NCBI GenBank assembly: GCA_050250895.1
Contig: JBFWNU010000001.1
Coordinates: forward strand, 584,008-648,007
DNA length: 64,000 nucleotides
Reading direction: 5' to 3'
DNA from: Vulcanimicrobiota bacterium
Lineage (GTDB): Bacteria; Vulcanimicrobiota; Xenobia; Xenobiales; JADMJV01
Positions 1 to 9,458 of the stretch are shown here, piece after piece. Under the pieces are notes generated by a model, which was given only the letters and a program-made list of their open reading frames with translations, ran no database searches and was not told the DNA's origin. Made by a program: the position numbers and the translations under genes. Position 1 is the stretch's first letter. Each line of letters opens with the position of its first letter.

Positions 1-639
1 GGTGTCTCGGGCCGCCTCGATCTCCTTCATTGTCCCGTCCAGTTGGCCGCCGATATTTTGCTTGGCTACCACTTCCAACTGGTAAGCAGCCTGGTATTCG
101 ATCTGCTCTCGCATCGGCAACAGCGCTGGGGCCAGCAGCACCAACCCCGCCAGTTGACGTCCCTGAGCCACCCAGGGTCCCAGCGTTCCTCCCTGGCTGT
201 GACCGAACACAAAGAGCCGGTGGGGGTCGACTTCGGGTTGCCGGACGAGCAGAGCCAGAGCGGCTTGAGCGTCACTGACGAAGTCCATGGGAGTGATGGT
301 CTGGAGTTCGTCCCAGCGGCCTGCCTGCAGGAGCGTGAAGGTCCGCTTGTCATAACGCAAGACCACCACGCCCGCCTGAGCCAGTGCATGCGACAGCTCC
401 TTAAAAGGACGAATCACGCCCAGGCCGACCGGCATGGTTTCGTCGCGATCGTTAGGCCCGGACCCGTGAACCAACACCACGGCGGGATACGTTCCCGGGG
501 CAGAAGGATACTCGAGAGTGGCTCCCAACCGCAGGCCTGGCGCGACCTCCACCTCGAGTTCCCGGGAGGCGGTCGCAAGTGGCTCGGCGGCCACAGACAT
601 CACGAGCACTAACAGCAGAAGTATTGTTCTCTTGACCAT
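1..639 (-). CDS. Secreted alpha/beta hydrolase (partial, runs off the window edge)
   Basis: Not in the ORF track; translated by hand from ATG at 639: MVKRTILLLLVLVMSVAAEP signal peptide, then PAVVLVHGSGPNDRDE, LRYDKR and nucleophile elbow FVFGHSQGG. Confidence 0.85.
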   Translation of the reverse strand, partial: MVKRTILLLLVLVMSVAAEPLATASRELEVEVAPGLRLGATLEYPSAPGTYPAVVLVHGSGPNDRDETMPVGLGVIRPFKELSHALAQAGVVVLRYDKRTFTLLQAGRWDELQTITPMDFVSDAQAALALLVRQPEVDPHRLFVFGHSQGGTLGPWVAQGRQLAGLVLLAPALLPMREQIEYQAAYQLEVVAKQNIGGQLDGTMKEIEAARDT

Positions 640-713
640 GAGGGAAGAATACGCCCTGGTATGATCGAGTTCTTGCTTCCAGGAAGTACCCTCTGGACCA
701 GGAACTGTGCCAG

Positions 714-1163
714 ATGCTAAAGATCAAAGACGTGATGCAAGCCAAGGTCATGAAGGTTCTGCCCGAGATGTCGGTCCCGGCGCTGATTCAGTTGCTCCAG
801 ACGCAAATGATCCAGGGAGCCCCGGTGGTCGACCAGCAGAATCGCGTCATCGGGATTGTGTCCCTGAGCGACGTCGCCTCGGAAGCGGCCCGCACCCAGG
901 GCGAGGTCTTACGACTGCATCACGGCCAGGAAGCTCCTTTCGACGACGAGTCACTGCGCTTTTCCACCGTGCGCGAGATCATGAATCCGGTCGTTTATCA
1001 GGTGCAAGAAGACGAGCCCGTCGACGAGGTCATCCGGTTCATGCTCAATGCTCGCATTCACCGGGCTATCGTGGTCCGTGGAGAAACGCTGGTCGGCATC
1101 GTCAGCACGACCGACTTCATGCGCCTGTGCCTGCGCTACCTCGAGAGCCCATCCAGCGTTTGA
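714..1163 (+). CDS. CBS-domain pair protein
   Basis: Two CBS repeats (IKDVM...PVVD...GIVSLSD; VREIM...IHRAIVV...GIVSTTD). Confidence 0.9.
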   Translation: MLKIKDVMQAKVMKVLPEMSVPALIQLLQTQMIQGAPVVDQQNRVIGIVSLSDVASEAARTQGEVLRLHHGQEAPFDDESLRFSTVREIMNPVVYQVQEDEPVDEVIRFMLNARIHRAIVVRGETLVGIVSTTDFMRLCLRYLESPSSV

Positions 1164-1175
1164 GTCCAGCCGGGC

Positions 1176-1613
1176 CTAGCGCTTGTAGCGCAGGGTGCCC
1201 AATTCGTCGAGTTCACGGTCCTCTTTGACCTGCTGAGCGGCCCTGAAGTGAGCCAGAGCCTTCTCGTGAGCCCGTTCCAACCGGCGTACCTCGAACTCGA
1301 GTTGCTGGCGCAGCTGAGACGTGCGGCTGATGGCCAGTTCGATCTCGGCCCGTCGCAGGTTGAGCGTCGAGAAATTCAGTCGCAAGGCCTCGGCGTGAGA
1401 AAAGAACGGCCGGGTGGCGTCGATGGCCGCCGACTTGCCCAGCAGCGAACGAGAAAAGTGCTCTTCCAGCGCTTCTTGCTGTTGCTGAAGGTCAGCCATG
1501 GCATCCAGGCATTCTTGCTTCATCCGTTCGAGCGAGGCCAGCACGCGCAGGCACTGGTCGCGCTCACGCACGGCCCGGTCCAACAGGGGCTGTAGTCGAA
1601 ACTTGAACTTCAT
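1176..1613 (-). CDS. fliJ: Flagellar export protein FliJ-like
   Basis: 145 aa from ATG 1613; starts MKFKFRLQPLLD, coiled-coil body, ends EDRELDELG; directly downstream of flhA. Confidence 0.8.
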   Translation of the reverse strand: MKFKFRLQPLLDRAVRERDQCLRVLASLERMKQECLDAMADLQQQQEALEEHFSRSLLGKSAAIDATRPFFSHAEALRLNFSTLNLRRAEIELAISRTSQLRQQLEFEVRRLERAHEKALAHFRAAQQVKEDRELDELGTLRYKR

Positions 1614-1620
1614 CAGAGGG

Positions 1621-3666
1621 CTAGGCCACTCCGGCCAGACCGCGAAGTTCGCGGGCTTCGACCACGGCCACCGTGTCGAGGCTGATGTCCTTCGGTAGCT
1701 CCTCATAGGAGAAGACGGTCAGGCCGGGGATGGCCCGCTCGACCATGCGGCGCACCAGGGGACGGACCCTCTGCGAGGTGATGATGGTGGGATGGTGTCC
1801 TCGGGCGGCCACCTGGCCGGCCCCTTCGCTGAGCAAGGTGATGATCCGGCGGAGGGTGTCCGGGTCAAGGCCGGGACCGCCGGGCAGAACCCGACCGATG
1901 ACCTCTTCGAGGGCCGGCGAGAGCGCGGCTACCGGGAGGTGTTTGTCAGGGCCAAGATAGTCGCTCAACAGGGCGCGGCTGAGCGACTCGCGCACCTTCT
2001 CGGTGAGCCAGGCGGGGTCGCGATCATTGTCGATGTGATCGGCCAGGGTTTCGAGGATGAGGCGCAGGTCGCGAATCGAGATGCTCTCGCTGAGCAGGTT
2101 GCGCAGCACTTTGCGCAGCTCGGTCACCGACAGCATCGAGGGAATGACCTCGCTGACGAGCTTGGGATAGAGGGCTTTGAGCCGGTCGAGTAGCGCCTGG
2201 ACGTCCTCGCGACCGATCAGTTCGCAGGCGTGCTTCTTGAGAATCTCGGACAGGTGGGTGGCCACCACCGAGGCAGGGTCGACCACCATCAGGCCCTCCA
2301 TTTCGGCCTGCTCCTTGGTCTGCTCGGGAATCCACAGGGCCGGCAGACCGAAGGCCGGCTCGCGCACGGCGATACCCTTGACGGTGGTCTCCTGTTGCGA
2401 GGCCATGGCCAGCAGGCGATTGGGATAGACCTCGCCGTCGGCAATGGATTGGCCATAGAGGCGAAACTGGTACTGGCCCGGGCGTAGTTCGAGATCGTCA
2501 CGAATACGGATGGGGGGCACCACGATACCCAGGTCCGTAGCCAGGCTACGGCGCACGCCTACCACTCGCTCGAGCAGCTCGCCGCCGGCAGCTCCGTCGA
2601 CCAGCGGCACCAGGGCATAGCCGATGGCCAATTCGACCGGCTCGAGGTCGAGCAACTGGCGCACGTCTTCAGGCCCGTCCTCGCCCACCGGGTCCGGGGC
2701 GGGGGCCTGTTCTTCGACGGTAGTAGCCTGGAGCCGCCGGGCCGTGAGCACGGCGGCCGTGCCCAGCAGCAGGAAGGGGGCCTTCGGCATGCCGGGGATC
2801 AGCGCAAACCCCCCCAGCAACCAGCCAATACGATTGAGGGTGGTGGGCTGAACCAGCACCTCGCGGGTGAGATCGGCGCCCAGATGCGACTCGGAGGCTG
2901 CCCGAGTCACGATGAGACCCGTGGCGGTCGAGACCAACAGGGCCGAAATCTGGCCCACCAGGCCGTCGCCGATGGTCAGCAGGGTGTAGCGCTGCACGGC
3001 GTCAATGAGCGGCATTCCTTTTTGGAACACACCCACACAGAAGCCGCCCAGGATATTGATCGAGGTGATCACCAGGGATGCGATGGCATCGCCTTTGACG
3101 AACTTGGCAGCGCCATCCATCGCTCCGTAAAAGTCCGCTTCGCGCTCGACCTCGCGGCGCCGTTTTTGGGCGTCTTCCTGCGAGATGAGCCCGGCCGAGA
3201 GATCGGCATCGATGCTCATCTGTTTGCCCGGCAAGGCATCCAGGGTGAAACGGGCAGCCACCTCGGCCACGCGGCCGGCGCCATTGGTGATGACCACGAA
3301 CTGAATCAGCACCAGAATCAAGAAAATGACGATACCCACCACGTAGTTGCCACCCACCACGAAACGGCCGAAGGTGGCGATCACGTCGCCCGCAAAACCC
3401 TCGAGCAGGATCAGGCGGGTGCTGGCCACGTTGAGGGCCAGACGTCCCAGCGTCACCAGCAGCAACAGCGGCGGAAAAACTGAAAACTCAAGAGGTTTGC
3501 GCGTGTACATGGCCACCATGAGAATGGCCAGCGAGAAGGCGATAGAGAAGGTCAGAAAGACATCGAGCAGTACGCTGGGCAACGGCAGCACCATCACCAA
3601 AAGGATGCCGATCATGCCGCCTAGCATCAGGAATTCGCTCGCGATGGCCGCGCCTTGTCGTTTCAC
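1621..3666 (-). CDS. flhA: Flagellar export gate protein FlhA
   Basis: RLALNVASTRLIL, FHIPEP motif RVAEVAARFTLDALPGKQMSIDADL, FYGAMDGAAKFVKGDA, large cytoplasmic domain. Confidence 0.97.
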   Translation of the reverse strand: MKRQGAAIASEFLMLGGMIGILLVMVLPLPSVLLDVFLTFSIAFSLAILMVAMYTRKPLEFSVFPPLLLLVTLGRLALNVASTRLILLEGFAGDVIATFGRFVVGGNYVVGIVIFLILVLIQFVVITNGAGRVAEVAARFTLDALPGKQMSIDADLSAGLISQEDAQKRRREVEREADFYGAMDGAAKFVKGDAIASLVITSINILGGFCVGVFQKGMPLIDAVQRYTLLTIGDGLVGQISALLVSTATGLIVTRAASESHLGADLTREVLVQPTTLNRIGWLLGGFALIPGMPKAPFLLLGTAAVLTARRLQATTVEEQAPAPDPVGEDGPEDVRQLLDLEPVELAIGYALVPLVDGAAGGELLERVVGVRRSLATDLGIVVPPIRIRDDLELRPGQYQFRLYGQSIADGEVYPNRLLAMASQQETTVKGIAVREPAFGLPALWIPEQTKEQAEMEGLMVVDPASVVATHLSEILKKHACELIGREDVQALLDRLKALYPKLVSEVIPSMLSVTELRKVLRNLLSESISIRDLRLILETLADHIDNDRDPAWLTEKVRESLSRALLSDYLGPDKHLPVAALSPALEEVIGRVLPGGPGLDPDTLRRIITLLSEGAGQVAARGHHPTIITSQRVRPLVRRMVERAIPGLTVFSYEELPKDISLDTVAVVEARELRGLAGVA

Positions 3667-4706
3667 AGGTAGTCCTCCGCTTTGGTTACTGCTAACAAGA
3701 TTTCCGCCACAGCTCGGAAGAGAGCCGGAGGGATGGTCGAGTCGAGCTCGACTTTATAGAGAGCCCGGGCCAGGGGCTGGTCTTCGACGATAGGAATCTC
3801 GAGCGCGCCGGCGCGCTTTCTAATCTCGAGCGCGATGGCATCGGCGCCCTTGGCGACCACTACCGGGGCATCCATATCCCGGTTGTATTTGAGGGCCACG
3901 GCGTAGTGGGTGGGGTTGGTGATGACCACGCGAGCCTCGTCGAGCTTTTGCATGCCGGAACTCTTGAGCATCTTGCGAGCCCGAGCCCGGCGTTGGGCCT
4001 TGATGCGCGGGTCGCCTTCCTGGCGCTTGTACTCTTCTTTGACCTCTTGCTTGGTCATCATCAGGCTCTGGCGGTGCTCCCACCACTGATAGCCAAAGTC
4101 GGCGGCGCCGAACACAATCTGGACGCCGATCAAGCGCCAGATAAAGTCCTTGAGCATCTCCATACGGCCGAGATAATAGGCCAGCTGGCTGGCGCCCAGG
4201 CTGGTCATCTCCTGAATGTGCTCTTTCCAAAAACTCCAGCAAACCCAGAAGACCACGGCCGTCTTGAGGCTGATCTTCACGCCCTCGATGAGGATCTTCT
4301 TGGAGAACCAGCGTTTGATGGCCTCGAACGGGTTCAGCTTGTTGAGATCCGGGGTGAGCACGCCAGGCGTGAACACGAAACCGGTCATGGCTAGTTGCAG
4401 CAGGGCGGCCGCTGCGGCCGAGGCGATCATCATGCCCAACAAAGTCGTGCTGCCAAAAAGCATCAGATCCCAGATGAAGCCCTGAGCCGCCCCCAGGGGA
4501 TCGACCCCCGTGAAGGCCGTGACCAGGCCCGTGCGCAACAGGCCGATGAACTTCTCGACCAGGAAGGGAAGCGAAGCCGCCAGCATGGCGAAAGAGACGG
4601 CCATGGTTACGGCCGCCACCAACTCCTGGCTCTTGACCACCTGTCCCTTGCGAATGGCCTCGCGCTTACGATGCTCGGTTGCCTGTTCGGTTTTCTCCTC
4701 AGACAC
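3663..4706 (-). CDS. flhB: Flagellar export switch protein FlhB
   Basis: MSEEKTE start, EVKEEYKRQEGDP, autocleavage motif NPTH; 4-nt overlap with flhA. Confidence 0.96.
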   Translation of the reverse strand: MSEEKTEQATEHRKREAIRKGQVVKSQELVAAVTMAVSFAMLAASLPFLVEKFIGLLRTGLVTAFTGVDPLGAAQGFIWDLMLFGSTTLLGMMIASAAAAALLQLAMTGFVFTPGVLTPDLNKLNPFEAIKRWFSKKILIEGVKISLKTAVVFWVCWSFWKEHIQEMTSLGASQLAYYLGRMEMLKDFIWRLIGVQIVFGAADFGYQWWEHRQSLMMTKQEVKEEYKRQEGDPRIKAQRRARARKMLKSSGMQKLDEARVVITNPTHYAVALKYNRDMDAPVVVAKGADAIALEIRKRAGALEIPIVEDQPLARALYKVELDSTIPPALFRAVAEILLAVTKAEDYL

Positions 4707-5448
4707 GCAGGCCTCCGAGGATATCGATACCGCCCTGTAGCACCCGGGCCATGACCTGGGTGGTCAGAGGCAGGCTCAGACTGATCAGCACCAGCCCGGC
4801 CAGCACCCGCACGGGGGCGGCCGCGATCAGCATGTTCATCTGGGGCAAAAGGCGAGAGAGAAAAGCCACCGCCACTTCCACCGAGAGCAGACCAATGGTC
4901 ACCGGCAGCGCCAACCAGACCGAGGCCATGAAGAAGTTGCCGGCACTCTCGGCGATCACCCCCAGCAGGCGAGCGTGGCGCAGGTCGGGCAGGCCACACG
5001 GCAGCCAGTAGAAGCTCTCGAGCAGGATGCGGGTCAGGGCCAGATGCAGGTCGGTGGCCAGGGCTACCAGCACCATCAAAACCTGATAGAAGCTGGCCAT
5101 CATCGGCTGGCTCTGGTCGCCGGCCGGGTTGAGCATTCCCGAATTGCCGAAGCCCATCTGATAGTCGGCGATGGTTCCGGCCGTGGCTGCGGTGGCCACC
5201 GTGAAGTTGGTGACCGTGCCCAGGCCAAGGCCGAGCAGCAGCTCCCATAATCCGGCCACCACCATGGTCGCCAGGGTCGGGGTCAGCTCAGGGGCCTCGA
5301 GCATCGGCAGCATCACACCGGTCAGCAGGCCTGCCATCAGCACCTTGAGAGCCACCGGCAGCTGCTTGTTGTTGAGCACCGGCGCCGAGACGATAAAGCC
5401 CAGCAGGCGCAAGAAGACCAGAGCGGCTCCCAATACCAGAGCGGTCAC
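4699..5448 (-). CDS. fliR: Export apparatus protein FliR
   Basis: GTG 5448 overlaps the fliQ stop (GTGA); 249 aa hydrophobic; ADYQMGFG and LSRLLPQMN motifs. Confidence 0.9.
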   Translation of the reverse strand: MTALVLGAALVFLRLLGFIVSAPVLNNKQLPVALKVLMAGLLTGVMLPMLEAPELTPTLATMVVAGLWELLLGLGLGTVTNFTVATAATAGTIADYQMGFGNSGMLNPAGDQSQPMMASFYQVLMVLVALATDLHLALTRILLESFYWLPCGLPDLRHARLLGVIAESAGNFFMASVWLALPVTIGLLSVEVAVAFLSRLLPQMNMLIAAAPVRVLAGLVLISLSLPLTTQVMARVLQGGIDILGGLRV

Positions 5449-5711
5449 AGCGGTTGACCCATCGAGGTCAGCATGGTGACGGCCAGGTTGACCAACTTCG
5501 AGAGCATCCAGGGCGCCAGCAGCAGGGTGGTGCCGATACCGGCTAGCAACTTGGGCACAAACGAGATCGACTGCTCCTGCACCTGGGTCAGCGCTTGAAT
5601 CAGGCTGATCACCAGCCCCACACCACCCACCACCAACAGGGGCGGGGTGACCACCACGGTGGCGGTGATCAGCATCAGCCGGGCCAGGTTGAGGGCGTCG
5701 AGAGGTTCCAC
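5445..5711 (-). CDS. fliQ: Export apparatus protein FliQ
   Basis: C-terminal 88 aa of the 5445..6089 ORF; ISLIQALTQVQEQSISFVPKL motif. Confidence 0.93.
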   Translation of the reverse strand: MEPLDALNLARLMLITATVVVTPPLLVVGGVGLVISLIQALTQVQEQSISFVPKLLAGIGTTLLLAPWMLSKLVNLAVTMLTSMGQPL

Positions 5712-5829
5712 GTCCGAACCATTGCTTAACCAGGGCACCGGCCCTTGCGGCTCGATTTTTTTCCGACGGAAAGTACATCGGCCGATGACTGGCAATGTTA
5801 AGGGCGAAACGGTGAAAGGAGAAAACCTC
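5712..5829. promoter_or_regulatory. Divergent control region of the flagellar-type cluster
   Basis: 118-nt gap with palindromes TTTCCG-A-CGGAAA (5760-5772) and CATCGGCCGATG (5776-5787); minus strand reads TTAA-N15-GCCGATGT (sigma28-like); AAGGAG RBS before fliE. Confidence 0.5.
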
Positions 5830-6126
5830 GTGAACATCCCTGCCGGTCTACGCACCAACCCGGTCGCTCCAACCGCGGCCCCCACGACCACCCAGGGCAC
5901 TTCGTCCCGGTCGTTCTCGGGCACTTTGAGCGACGCCATCAACGAGGTCAACCGCCTGCAGATGAAGTCGGCCGACTCTGGCAAGGCCTTGAGTGAAGGC
6001 TCGGCCGAGAGCATCCACCGGGTCGTGCTCGAGGCCGAAGAGGCGAGCCTCTCGATGCAGCTGATGGTAGCCGTGCGTAACAAAGCCATGGATGCCTATC
6101 AAGAAGTCATGAGGATGCAGGTCTAA
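5830..6126 (+). CDS. fliE: Flagellar basal-body protein FliE
   Basis: GTG after AAGGAGA; SFSGTLSDAINEVN and C-terminal VRNKAMDAYQEVMRMQV. Confidence 0.95.
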   Translation: MNIPAGLRTNPVAPTAAPTTTQGTSSRSFSGTLSDAINEVNRLQMKSADSGKALSEGSAESIHRVVLEAEEASLSMQLMVAVRNKAMDAYQEVMRMQV

Positions 6127-6479
6127 TGCTAGAGCCTTTCCTCAACAATCATGATCTGGCCCATCTCAAAGCCGGTATGGAAGTGGCCTGGCGCGAGCAG
6201 AACGAGGTCAACAACAACCTCGTCAACGCCGAGACGCCGGGGTTTCAACCCAAGGACACCGATTTTCGCTCGCTGCTGATGCCCGACCAGGAGGGCGCGG
6301 CCCCCACCCGCGGGCAGGGCTTTGACCTCTACCTCGAGGCTCTCCAGGGACCGGCCAGGTTCGAATTCGAGAAAGAGATGCAGCGTTTGTCGCAGGCCAA
6401 CCTCGAAAACGCCGCCTACACCAAACTACTCACCCGCCGCTACCAGGATCTGCGGACGGTCATTCGGGAGGGACGCTAA
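6126..6479 (+). CDS. flgB: Basal-body rod protein FlgB (divergent)
   Basis: NNLVNAETPGFQPKD motif, EKEM...YTKLL C-terminal helix; TAATG coupling to fliE and flgC. Confidence 0.8.
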   Translation: MLEPFLNNHDLAHLKAGMEVAWREQNEVNNNLVNAETPGFQPKDTDFRSLLMPDQEGAAPTRGQGFDLYLEALQGPARFEFEKEMQRLSQANLENAAYTKLLTRRYQDLRTVIREGR

Positions 6480-6904
6480 TGTCGATGTTCGGATCGATGA
6501 ATATCAGCGCCAGCGGGCTAGAAGCCTCGCGCAAGCGCATGGAGGCGGTGGCCTCGAACCTGGCCAACGCCGAGTCGAGCGCCCCCGTGGGCGGCCCGGT
6601 CTACCAACCCCGTCGGGTCAAACTGTCCCAAGCATACGAAAGCTTTCAAAACGAATTGCGCTGGCAATCCCGCGGCCAGGGGGTCGAGTCCGAGACAGTG
6701 GAAGAGAACCGCCCGGCCCGCCTGGTTCACGACCCCGGCCATCCCGACGCCGACGCCAATGGCATGGTGAGGATTCCCGATATCGAGCTGACCGACGAGC
6801 TGGCCGAAATGATGGCCGCCCGCCGGGCCTACGAAGCGGGACTGACGGCCTACAGCCAGGCCCGCGAGCTCTTCCTGAACACTCTTGACATCATCAGGTC
6901 ATAG
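6479..6904 (+). CDS. flgC: Basal-body rod protein FlgC
   Basis: ISASGL...RMEAVASNLANAES, DPGHPDADANGMV, MMAARRAYEA. Confidence 0.95.
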   Translation: MSMFGSMNISASGLEASRKRMEAVASNLANAESSAPVGGPVYQPRRVKLSQAYESFQNELRWQSRGQGVESETVEENRPARLVHDPGHPDADANGMVRIPDIELTDELAEMMAARRAYEAGLTAYSQARELFLNTLDIIRS

Positions 6905-6906
6905 CC

Positions 6907-8508
6907 ATGCTTGAAACTCGTCCTAACAATAACATGTTGGCCGACCTGCGCGAGCGCTGGGAGGATATACCCGTCAACCAGAAGCTCATCGCCGTAGCAG
7001 TGATCTGCCTTTTGGTAGCCAGCCTGGTAGGCGTGATGGCCACCCAGAAGAGTGACGCCATGGTGCCCCTGTTCGGGAGTCTCTCGTCGACCCAGGCGGC
7101 CGAAATGGTCCAGAAACTAGAAGAGGGCAACCATCGTTTCGAGCTGGCCGATGGCGGCTCGCTCATCCTGGTGCCCGAAGAAGATCGCCAGCGACTGCGC
7201 CTGGAGATGGCCGGCAACGGCATGCTCAATCAAGAGAATCCGGGCTTTGAGCTGTTCGAAAAAACGACTCTGAGCCGCTCGGACTTCTCGGAGCGGATCA
7301 CCTATCTGCGAGCCCTACAGGGCGAACTGGCCGCCACCATCGAGGCCATTCCCCAGGTGCGCAAGGCGAGAGTCCACCTCAATCTCCCCCGTCGCCCGCT
7401 CTATCTTGACGAAAAGCAAGAGACGAGCGCCGCCGTTTATGTCGAGCTCGCCTCTGGCGCCTCGCTCAACAAGAACCAGATGGCCGGCATCATTAACCTG
7501 GTGGCTAGCTCGGTAGAGGGAATGACCCCAGCCCAGGTCACCTTGATGGACGGTTCGGGAGCCCTGCACATGCGCGGCGACCAGCTCGACGAGCAGGGCG
7601 GCGTGGGCGGTGACGACAACGACCGCTCCAAAGAGATGACCAGGGTGGCCCAAGAACTGGTCGACCGCGTCCTGGGCCCGGGCAAAGCGATGGCTACCGT
7701 GCGCATCGAGCTGGCCCGCGAAGCCCGTACCACCGAGCGCGAAATGGTCGAGCCCGGCAACGATGGCAAAGGGGTGCTACTCCATCAGGAGGAGCAAATC
7801 GAAACCTTCGAGGGCACCAAGCCCAACGCTCGCCAAGAGATCGCACAGGGGGCTGCCCCGGTGACGGCGACCACCCCCCCTACGGCCGAACAAGCCAACG
7901 GCAAAACCCCATCCTATCAGCAAAAGAGCACGAAAGCCGACTTCGCCGTCTCGCGCGTTAAAGAGGTGCTCGAAACCAGGCCTGGCGCCACTTCCCGTCT
8001 GAGCGCCTCGGTCATCGTCGACTCTAAGGCCGGCCTCAGTGAGGACGAAATGGCTGCTCTGGCCGACGGCGTCAAGACCGCCATCGGCTTCGATCAGGCG
8101 CGAGGCGATGCGTTCGAACTGCGCGCGCTCACCTTCAACCGCGACCACCTTGAGGCTATGCAAGAAGAAGTTGCGGCCGAAAATCAGAAGGAGGCCGACC
8201 AGAAGGCTCTGCTGATGTATCTGCTGGCCGGCATCGGTGGCACCACCGTGCTGGGACTTCTGATCGGCTTCATCCTCAAGCGCCGTAAGGCTCGCGAAGT
8301 GGTCTGGATGGATGTCGACGTGAATCCGAACATGCCTCAACAAGAAATGTTCCCTGAGAGGCTCGATCTGGCCCTGCCGGCCGAGATGCCCCCCCTGCCC
8401 ACGGAGGGCGTGGAAGAACTTCTGGTCAAGGCCCTCGAGGCCGTCGAAAGAGAACCAGCCCTGGTGGCTCGCCTGGTCGAGCGTTGGGCCAACGAAGGAG
8501 AACGATAA
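6907..8508 (+). CDS. fliF: MS-ring protein FliF
   Basis: Two TM segments, GFELFE, RALQGELAATI, ARVHL, NLVASSVEG. Confidence 0.95.
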   Translation: MLETRPNNNMLADLRERWEDIPVNQKLIAVAVICLLVASLVGVMATQKSDAMVPLFGSLSSTQAAEMVQKLEEGNHRFELADGGSLILVPEEDRQRLRLEMAGNGMLNQENPGFELFEKTTLSRSDFSERITYLRALQGELAATIEAIPQVRKARVHLNLPRRPLYLDEKQETSAAVYVELASGASLNKNQMAGIINLVASSVEGMTPAQVTLMDGSGALHMRGDQLDEQGGVGGDDNDRSKEMTRVAQELVDRVLGPGKAMATVRIELAREARTTEREMVEPGNDGKGVLLHQEEQIETFEGTKPNARQEIAQGAAPVTATTPPTAEQANGKTPSYQQKSTKADFAVSRVKEVLETRPGATSRLSASVIVDSKAGLSEDEMAALADGVKTAIGFDQARGDAFELRALTFNRDHLEAMQEEVAAENQKEADQKALLMYLLAGIGGTTVLGLLIGFILKRRKAREVVWMDVDVNPNMPQQEMFPERLDLALPAEMPPLPTEGVEELLVKALEAVEREPALVARLVERWANEGER

Positions 8509-8510
8509 TC

Positions 8511-9458
8511 GTGAGTATGAAGCGCGCTGCCACTCTGTTGCTCTGTTTGGGAGTCGACGCCGCCGTCGAAATCACCAAGCGGCTCGACCAGTCTCTGGCC
8601 TACGACGTCATTCGCGAGGCGGCCAAGATCTCGGCTCTGGAGGCCGAAGAGATCTCGGAGGTTCTCAAGGATTTCAACGAGCAGTTGCCCGAACTCAAGC
8701 GCTCGCCTTCGGGCAAGCGATTCGCCGCCGAGGTGCTCAAGCGGTCGTTCGGCGAAGACCAGGCCGCCTCCATCGACTTTCTGCGCCGCCTCGACCGCAT
8801 CCAGTTGCAGGACATCGTCGAGACCGAGCATCCCCAGGTGGCGGCCTTCGTGCTCTCTTACATTCATTCGGATGTAGCCAGCTCGTTGCTAGCCTCGCTC
8901 GACCCTGAGCGCCAGGTAGAGATTGCGCGTCGCATCGCCCGCACCGAACCGCCTCAGCGCGAGGGGATCGCCCATCTGGTGCGCAGCCTCAGCAATCGCC
9001 TCAGCTTCCTGGGCGCGGCCGAGCGGGTCACCGAGGATGTGGGCGGGGTCGATTCGCTGGTCAGCATCATGAAGAACGTGGGCCGCGATGTCGAGCAAAA
9101 CATCCTGCAGGGTTTCGAGGAAGAAGAGCCCGATTTGGCCGAGGAGATCAAGAAGCGCATGTTCGTCTTCGACGACCTGATGCTACTCGACGACCGCGCC
9201 TTCCAGAAAGTGCTCAAGGAGGTCGACGGCAAAATCCTGGCCCTGGCCATGCGTCGCGCCTCCAAAGAGATCGTCGAACTCATCCATCGCAACCTGTCCG
9301 AGCGCGCCCGCAATATCCTCAAAGAGGACGTTGCCTCGATGGGCAAGGTGCGCGTGCGCGACGTGGACAAGGCCCAGACCGAGATCGTCAACATCGTGCG
9401 TCGTCTGGAAGAATCTGGCGAAATCAACGTAAGCCGCGAGGACGAAAAGTTTGTCTAG
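8511..9458 (+). CDS. fliG: C-ring/rotor protein FliG
   Basis: EHPQ motif, GG hinge, MFVFDDL, C-terminal NLSERARNILKEDVASMGKVR; start GTG 8511 or ATG 8517. Confidence 0.95.
   Translation: MSMKRAATLLLCLGVDAAVEITKRLDQSLAYDVIREAAKISALEAEEISEVLKDFNEQLPELKRSPSGKRFAAEVLKRSFGEDQAASIDFLRRLDRIQLQDIVETEHPQVAAFVLSYIHSDVASSLLASLDPERQVEIARRIARTEPPQREGIAHLVRSLSNRLSFLGAAERVTEDVGGVDSLVSIMKNVGRDVEQNILQGFEEEEPDLAEEIKKRMFVFDDLMLLDDRAFQKVLKEVDGKILALAMRRASKEIVELIHRNLSERARNILKEDVASMGKVRVRDVDKAQTEIVNIVRRLEESGEINVSREDEKFV

Noticed and set aside
43-612. 189-aa plus-strand ORF
   Set aside because: Antisense shadow of the minus-strand alpha/beta hydrolase (639 to <1), which has clear motifs.
4699-6126. Long FliR (359 aa), FliQ (214 aa) and FliE (159 aa) ORFs suggesting fusions or overlaps
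   Set aside because: Internal GTG starts give normal lengths, with GTGA coupling and an RBS.
8511-9458. Loss of rotor function in FliG as proof of a non-motile system
   Set aside because: The charged torque-helix residues appear conserved, so FliG gives no such evidence.
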